Of a stretch of 41,862 nucleotides of DNA, positions 37,701 through 41,862 are shown one piece after another. Each line of letters opens with the position of its first letter. Positions within the stretch are counted from its first letter, which is position 1. This DNA is from a virus (lineage: Duplodnaviria > Caudoviricetes): positions 1 to 41,862 of the IMG/VR virus record IMGVR_UViG_3300037047_000329. One strand, given 5' to 3'. The notes beneath the pieces are model-generated. The model searched no databases. It saw only the letters and a list, made by a program, of their open reading frames with translations, and had not been told where the DNA came from. A program made the translations under genes and the position numbers.

Positions 37701-38156
37701 GATGCAAGTTTCTTCGGTAAATTCACGCTCGGCAATTAGTTCTTTTGCCCAATGATTTGCTTCTAATTTTCTGAAACTTTGCACGTATTTTCGTGAAACT
37801 TCTTCCAGTAAATGAAACATTTCTGTTTTTATTTCCTGTTTGCGTTTTTGCTCTGGTGATTCTTCTTCTTTTTCTAAAAAGATATTGTGAATTTTGGCAA
37901 TTATTTCAATGGCTTCAATAAACTCCACATTTTCATTTGAAGTGATAAATTTTATACCATCACCGCCGATGCCTGAAGAAAAACATTTGAAAATTTGTTT
38001 TACAGGAGATACTACAAAGCTTGGGGTTTTTTCACTTACAAAAGGTGAAGATCCTTTGTAATTGGAACCTTCTTTTTTTAACGGTACGTAATTTTCAATG
38101 GTTTTAACAATGTCTGCTTCTCTAACCCGGTCTATACTTGAATTTGTGTATCTCAT
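34704..38156 (-). CDS. DnaG-type primase fused to P-loop NTPase/helicase
   Basis: Degenerate Zn-finger region (SPF..EKTPSF, FKCF), PKYLNS, TEGYTDV and DGDKAG TOPRIM motifs, EDPDS; Walker A GEKDSGKS, Walker B FLDEY. Confidence 0.9.
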   Translation of the reverse strand: MRYTNSSIDRVREADIVKTIENYVPLKKEGSNYKGSSPFVSEKTPSFVVSPVKQIFKCFSSGIGGDGIKFITSNENVEFIEAIEIIAKIHNIFLEKEEESPEQKRKQEIKTEMFHLLEEVSRKYVQSFRKLEANHWAKELIAEREFTEETCIDFQIGYAPLENTLTKWAMEKGTLSVAKDLGLSDTQNNASFDKFKNRIIFPIHNDKGTVVGFGGRRSNAEEDAKFPKYLNSKESPVYIKSDVLYGLFQAKKAIAKTGTVILTEGYTDVISMFQNGCENTVASCGTALTENHAQLLRKYAEEVILLRDGDKAGKNATIKDIDICLSNGLNVSLCELPEGEDPDSFARKHKNEMNEWIQANKKDALLWKVEQYDIERDYYQSDIDTINEVALLNIGALKSEFISDETIAELKGEELRNAKEFNRNLREEINLISKESKQEIANVARIDPTKKNEAFQEICKTLFNIKQEVKRTEYLKLIAKSFDVTVGTLKTEIGNLERKETENKEKTIGVPATQNLRLPKGADKEEYLQHGFVTVDNSYWFQRSDGGGFFQGTTFGLQPLFHIQGDKENKRLCEITNVKGKKKLIDFDSDMLANFAEFRKYLFRIGGFMFLTHNGVRTEHFDKFVYRYDDMFEPALELLTMGWNKKGFFAFADGVFWEGKFRGVNKYGIMHLEGIDTAKTEYNQKIDYYYSPAFSVMHSDNQDGDDKYENDRTFVYKESGITLMQWMEQMILVFQEKGAGGILFNFASIFRDLFLEHYDSFPLMGGFGEKDSGKSGFGKILQNFFYYRLPALDLTQATHVGFSRRLSRNVNTVQFLDEYQDKQCDEKIFSGMMGAWNGIGREKGMNSGDKRTQYDKINSAIYYAGQFMPTRMENALATRTISWLFQSREFSSVEKENYNKLLNWTNAGVSSLVVDVVQHRAYFESNLPVVHMQTVRNLKEALDGKEYQGRIFDNTAMLLTTYTILKDKIKFPFTDASVEAMCVKLIIENSEQITDSNGLTEFWSIIAFLFENKIIQEDLEFTIEQPVTFKVLGENRTEWQYANPERKKILFLRLKSVYQFYNKEVSKREGVDVIGQTTLRQYFKSRSYFIGLIKGRRFSTAGSQSCYAFDYEAMKDFLNLEIDNSPKENETTTSTVEMPKPKAEDDELPF

Positions 38157-38276
38157 TTTTTGTTGAGTTGTTCGTAATAGTCTCCAACAGTTGCCGGAGT
38201 GTTATTTAAATCTGATTCTAACTGTTCAATTTGTTGGTAAAGCACAATTAAGGTTTTACAATACAGGTTCATTCCG

Positions 38277-38525
38277 TCATCCAACAGCTTTTGCTCTGGG
38301 CGCGTAAGCTTGAATAGTTTTTTCTTTAAATTCAATACTTGAGATTCCTTCGCAGATAACAATTTCGGCAGACAATTGTTTGATTTTCTCGTCGTAGAAG
38401 TCGAGCAATAATTGCTTTTTATCTTCGAATCCTTTGTAATCGTTTGACGCATACAATGCCGCCCATTGGCTTTTATATCTGTTAAGTTCATAGGTAAGTC
38501 TTTCGAGTTGTTCTTGATTTTTCAT
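38277..38525 (-). CDS. Hypothetical protein
   Basis: Likely start MKNQEQLE just after upstream stop. Confidence 0.5.
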   Translation of the reverse strand: MKNQEQLERLTYELNRYKSQWAALYASNDYKGFEDKKQLLLDFYDEKIKQLSAEIVICEGISSIEFKEKTIQAYAPRAKAVG

Positions 38526-38529
38526 AACA

Positions 38530-38820
38530 TTAATCTGTAATAAGTTCAAATGATAATTTTTCGCAGTGTTTTAAGGTGCCACGCAAACCGTTACGGTCAC
38601 AAACATCCTTATCGGTAGTTTTCAAAATTTCAATCAACACTTTTAAGTTTGAAGCTTCCAAGTTGAAGTTTGAAGCCAGATCAAAACGTTGTTGTTTTTT
38701 TGCTTTGGCAGCATAATCGTAAAACCGAAGGATAAAAGTTTCACATATTTCAATCAATTCAGTATTGTTTGCGTGCATTACCGATTGCATTGTTTTGTGT
38801 GGTTTAATGAGTTTTTTCAT
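38530..38820 (-). CDS. Hypothetical protein
   Basis: 96 aa, tightly packed in early operon. Confidence 0.6.
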   Translation of the reverse strand: MKKLIKPHKTMQSVMHANNTELIEICETFILRFYDYAAKAKKQQRFDLASNFNLEASNLKVLIEILKTTDKDVCDRNGLRGTLKHCEKLSFELITD

Positions 38821-38821
38821 A

Positions 38822-39406
38822 TTAAATATGTTGTTTTAATGCAGCAATTATTAAGGCAGTTTTGCCGGATACGTGTGTTCGGTTGTATAAATTTCTTTTG
38901 TGAAAATCGAGTGTGCTTTGTTTAATATTAAATTCTGGTGCAATAGCCTTATCGGGTTTGTCTTCAAGTATAAAATCAATAATCACAATATCGCGCACTG
39001 TTAATTTTTCACCGTTTAACCTAATATGTTTACTATCCCAAAGCAATGCAGGTGTGTTTTTTTCATCCCTAAAATTTTCAGAAATGGTTAAATGGCCTTT
39101 TAAAATATCAGGGTGTGAATCCAAACCACCGTATAAATGATAGATATACAATTCAACTTGGCGGTTTACGCTTGTTTCAATTTGTTGAAGATATGCAACC
39201 GCTTTTTTATCTTGCAAAAACTGTTTTTTGCAAATGGCATACGCCCATTTTGGCAAGTAACACCATTCGAGTGTTCGGCCGTGTTGCAACCAAATTACTT
39301 GCTTTGTTTCTTTTAGGCCAATAAATTCAATGTTTGAATCGCCTGGTAACAAACCAGCTATTTGCGCTGTATTTGTTTTTTCAGTACTTTTGCTAACGTT
39401 AATCAT
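38822..39406 (-). CDS. LuxR-type HTH regulator
   Basis: C-terminal LTVRD...DKAIA..FNIKQSTLDFHKRNLY LuxR/GerE pattern. Confidence 0.75.
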   Translation of the reverse strand: MINVSKSTEKTNTAQIAGLLPGDSNIEFIGLKETKQVIWLQHGRTLEWCYLPKWAYAICKKQFLQDKKAVAYLQQIETSVNRQVELYIYHLYGGLDSHPDILKGHLTISENFRDEKNTPALLWDSKHIRLNGEKLTVRDIVIIDFILEDKPDKAIAPEFNIKQSTLDFHKRNLYNRTHVSGKTALIIAALKQHI

Positions 39407-39434
39407 TGCTTTAAGATTTAGTGATTAATAAATA

Positions 39435-39605
39435 CTATAAACCTGAAGTGTCCGCTTCGGGTTTATTTTTTTTCTCGGGTGTTGTGATCGCAAAAACGAT
39501 TAAAACAGATATTAGGCAGCTAAAGAAATCTAAGCCCATCCCAAAATATAAATACCCGTTAAAAATAATTCCTGCGATACGTGCAAAAAGGATTAGTTTT
39601 TTCAT
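39435..39605 (-). CDS. Small two-TM membrane protein, 56 aa (not in ORF track)
   Basis: MKKLILFARIAGIIFNGYLYFGMGLDFFSCLISVLIVFAITTPEKK... Confidence 0.5.
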   Translation of the reverse strand: MKKLILFARIAGIIFNGYLYFGMGLDFFSCLISVLIVFAITTPEKKNKPEADTSGL

Positions 39606-39606
39606 T

Positions 39607-39693
39607 TTAGTTTAGTATTAGTGAAAATTGAATATAAAAAGCCAGCGCAATTAGTGCTATGGCGATAATAAATGCTTTTAAATCGTTTTTCAT
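39607..39693 (-). CDS. Hydrophobic peptide, 28 aa (not in ORF track)
   Basis: MKNDLKAFIIAIALIALAFYIQFSLILN; tiles the gap exactly. Confidence 0.45.
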   Translation of the reverse strand: MKNDLKAFIIAIALIALAFYIQFSLILN

Positions 39694-39702
39694 TTTGATA
39701 GA

Positions 39703-40059
39703 TTAAAATGGTAAATCATCATTTTCACCAATTGCTTCAACCAAAGCGGCTTCATTGCTTGTTGGTGTCCAAACTGTAGAACTTCCTAATATTGGCATTG
39801 CTTTTTTATCTTCATCACTCATTTTTTCATACATTTCTTTTGGTAAATTTTGTTTTACCAAATGCGTATTGGTTTGCCCTTCTTTCGGGTTTTTTAACTC
39901 AATATGATACAAGTCTAAATACAAACCTTTTTCACCTTTAAATAGGTTGTTTTCATTGATTGGAATAATTAGACAGTCTATTTCACCTGACGCGCCTTTT
40001 AAAAGTTTACGGCTGTGTTTTAATGAAGCTAAATTTAATTTTGTACTAAAGTTTGACAT
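39703..40059 (-). CDS. Putative single-stranded DNA-binding protein
   Basis: 118 aa beta-rich core, acidic tail ENDDLPF. Confidence 0.55.
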   Translation of the reverse strand: MSNFSTKLNLASLKHSRKLLKGASGEIDCLIIPINENNLFKGEKGLYLDLYHIELKNPKEGQTNTHLVKQNLPKEMYEKMSDEDKKAMPILGSSTVWTPTSNEAALVEAIGENDDLPF

Positions 40060-40079
40060 TTTTTTTGTTTTTAATTGTT

Positions 40080-40112
40080 AAAAAAACCGCCCTGCAACCC
40101 CTCACAGGGCGG
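40080..40112 (-). terminator. Intrinsic terminator in early operon
   Basis: CCGCCCTG stem, T7 tract on minus strand. Confidence 0.75.
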
Positions 40113-40194
40113 AAAAGTTACTATGAAAAGTTTGCGTATTCCTGCCGCGCCCGGTAAAAAGAACTTTGGTTTAATCTGCTTAATAGCGGACACG

Positions 40195-40737
40195 CTATTT
40201 TTTTTCTGAAAAATCAAATTTGATTTGATTGATCTGGGCTTTTAAAGCCTTTTGCTTTTCAGCATCTGTAGTTTTTATAAGTTGTTGAATTTGCAGGTAT
40301 TCTTCAAATTCAGGATTGTCAAGTAATTTACCGGAAAGTTCATCCATCCTTTTTTCATATTGAATTTTATCAATTACGGCTTCGGTGTGTTTTTTGTAGT
40401 TTCCAAACAAAATTTCATCGATAGTACTAAACACCCAAAGTTCAAAAGCAGGATCTAACCAAGCAGCAAATTTTAAAGCTAAAATTCGGTGCATATAAGT
40501 ACCCGCTTTTTTGTTCGCAAATAATATTTCATCTATCAATAATGGTTTTTTATTCCCCCCATATGGGGTGGATAAAAGAACATTTATAAATGCTTTTGCG
40601 TGGTCAGATCTTAAAAAATGATCCGTTCTTTTATTAAATGCGTTTGCCATTTCTGTGGCGTTTACCATTACGCTTTTATCGTTAGATAATGCAAAATGGA
40701 TTTGTGTGTCCTGGTAAATAAATTCAATTGCTTTCAT
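40195..40737 (-). CDS. KilA-N domain protein (antirepressor-like)
   Basis: VNATEMA.AF and GTYMHRILALKFAAWLDPAFELWV motifs. Confidence 0.9.
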   Translation of the reverse strand: MKAIEFIYQDTQIHFALSNDKSVMVNATEMANAFNKRTDHFLRSDHAKAFINVLLSTPYGGNKKPLLIDEILFANKKAGTYMHRILALKFAAWLDPAFELWVFSTIDEILFGNYKKHTEAVIDKIQYEKRMDELSGKLLDNPEFEEYLQIQQLIKTTDAEKQKALKAQINQIKFDFSEKK

Positions 40738-40745
40738 ATTTCCGT

Positions 40746-41000
40746 TTACTTTAAAATTTCACGTTTTAGTCTTTCAACTTTATTGGCTTCTTTCATTTTT
40801 GCATTAGCCACAGTCCAAAGAGCCGCTTCAACATCAATATTGTGTCTATGGCCATTTAAAATCATACTAACATATATAGGATTGTGCGGATGGCCATTCC
40901 TGTTTCTTACGCCTTTGTTGTTTAAAAGCTCTAAAACTTCATCGGTGTAATTGGCTCCAAGAATTGATTTTAGTTTAATTTGTTCGTCCGGTGTTATCAT
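40746..41000 (-). CDS. Cro-like regulator
   Basis: 84 aa, YVSMILNG recognition helix, divergent from repressor. Confidence 0.6.
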   Translation of the reverse strand: MITPDEQIKLKSILGANYTDEVLELLNNKGVRNRNGHPHNPIYVSMILNGHRHNIDVEAALWTVANAKMKEANKVERLKREILK

Positions 41001-41067
41001 AGATAAATATTATTGCGTTGTATTAAAATTTTGTTATACCTTGTAGTAGTTATGTTATAACAAAGAA

Positions 41068-41106
41068 AAGTAAATTATCTCATATAAACAAGTAAATTAT
41101 CTCATA
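41068..41106. promoter_or_regulatory. Immunity-region operators
   Basis: 17-bp perfect direct repeat AAGTAAATTATCTCATA at 41068-41084 and 41090-41106 (22-bp period). Confidence 0.75.
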
Positions 41107-41110
41107 ATTT

Positions 41111-41506
41111 ATGAGCTCAAAGAAAAAAATATTGCAATACATTGAGTTTAAAGAAATTACAGTCCATAGATTTGAAAAAATAACTGGATTAAGTCATGGT
41201 ATTTTACGAAGTGGAAGTGATTTTGGTGCTGACAAACTAAAACAAATAAGAGATAATTTACCCGATTTAAATATGAATTGGTTGTTATATGATGAAGGAG
41301 AGATGATATTATCCGCAGAAAATAAAGAAAATATATTAAACGAATCCCAAGAAAATTACGAAAAAATGAACATTAACACAGAAATGCTCTTAAAAGAAGT
41401 TGAAAATTTGAAAAATCTTTTAGAAGCTAAACAAGAAACTATTGATTTATTGAAGTTGAAATTTGGAATACAAACCATTGGCAACGTTCAAAGGAAACAA
41501 GGATGA
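41111..41506 (+). CDS. CI-like HTH repressor with coiled-coil C-terminus
   Basis: FEKITGLSHG and PDLNMNWLLYDEGEM Cro/C1-type motifs; no S24 peptidase domain. Confidence 0.8.
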   Translation: MSSKKKILQYIEFKEITVHRFEKITGLSHGILRSGSDFGADKLKQIRDNLPDLNMNWLLYDEGEMILSAENKENILNESQENYEKMNINTEMLLKEVENLKNLLEAKQETIDLLKLKFGIQTIGNVQRKQG

Positions 41507-41625
41507 TAGTGGTTCACAGAAGCACCTCACTTCAAAATGTGAAAGTATTACAATATACTTCAAAAAATTACGGGTTCCCGTACACTGATAAAGAATACAG
41601 CGCCGTTTATAAATAAACTAAGAAA

Positions 41626-41862
41626 ATGAAAGCAATTAACAGGGTATTTGAGTATTTAGAATTGAAAAACATTCCGCACACAAGGTTTGAAAAAGAAATA
41701 GGCTTAGGAAACGGTTACCTAAAAAAACAATTAGACCGCGATGCTGGATTGGGTGAAGATGTTTTAATTAAAATTATAGACAATAGTCTCATTAATCCAA
41801 CGTGGTTATTAACCGGAAAAGGAAAAATGATTGACAATAAAGATATAGACAATATTCTATAA
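41626..41862 (+). CDS. Second CI-like HTH protein (DNA-binding domain only)
   Basis: FEKEIGLGNGYL and INPTWLLTGKGKM motifs; 78 aa. Confidence 0.8.
   Translation: MKAINRVFEYLELKNIPHTRFEKEIGLGNGYLKKQLDRDAGLGEDVLIKIIDNSLINPTWLLTGKGKMIDNKDIDNIL

Larger units (their letters stand above)
2287..41862. mobile_element. Temperate siphovirus-like prophage integrated at tRNA-Leu; right end outside window
   Basis: Integrase next to tRNA; terminase, portal, protease, capsid, tape measure, lysis, replication and immunity genes; no sheath gene recognised. Confidence 0.95.

Noticed and set aside
38153-38491. 112-aa ORF or programmed frameshift fusion with 38277-38525
   Set aside because: Would need a +1 shift with no clear signal; only a 39-aa ORF from 38272 is plausible
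3907-40950. Numerous short + strand ORFs within the prophage
   Set aside because: Antisense to well-supported minus-strand genes, no motifs or start context

Overview
AT-rich Bacteroidota DNA, most likely Flavobacteriaceae (TAnnTTTG-type promoters, A-rich translation starts without Shine-Dalgarno sites). Bases 1-2286 are host chromosome: a PhnA-like gene, an M20 dipeptidase and tRNA-Leu(TAG). From about 2290 to the window end lies an apparently intact temperate siphovirus-type prophage integrated at that tRNA; attR lies beyond the window. The integrase is on the + strand. On the - strand lie tail tip, BACON-containing tail protein, tape measure, a lysis cassette (holin, CHAP/NlpC-like endolysin, u-spanin), a tail fibre with a six-repeat beta-propeller, adaptor, portal, terminase, tail tube, capsid, Clp-type protease, a putative repeat-rich origin, a primase-helicase fusion, an SSB-like protein, KilA-N and Cro-like genes. 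Two CI-like genes follow on the + strand. The strongest unexplained signal is regulatory: the late region is cut into units, each preceded by a fixed-spacing motif GTCCTTTT-N20-AnnYT (7 intergenic copies, two identical over 36 bp, several directly behind terminators, three apparently leaderless), with a candidate activator gene at 30280-30756. Also notable are an attC-like flanked two-gene module, a structured leader RNA and mosaic receptor-binding repeats. All functional calls come from motif recognition only; no searches were run.
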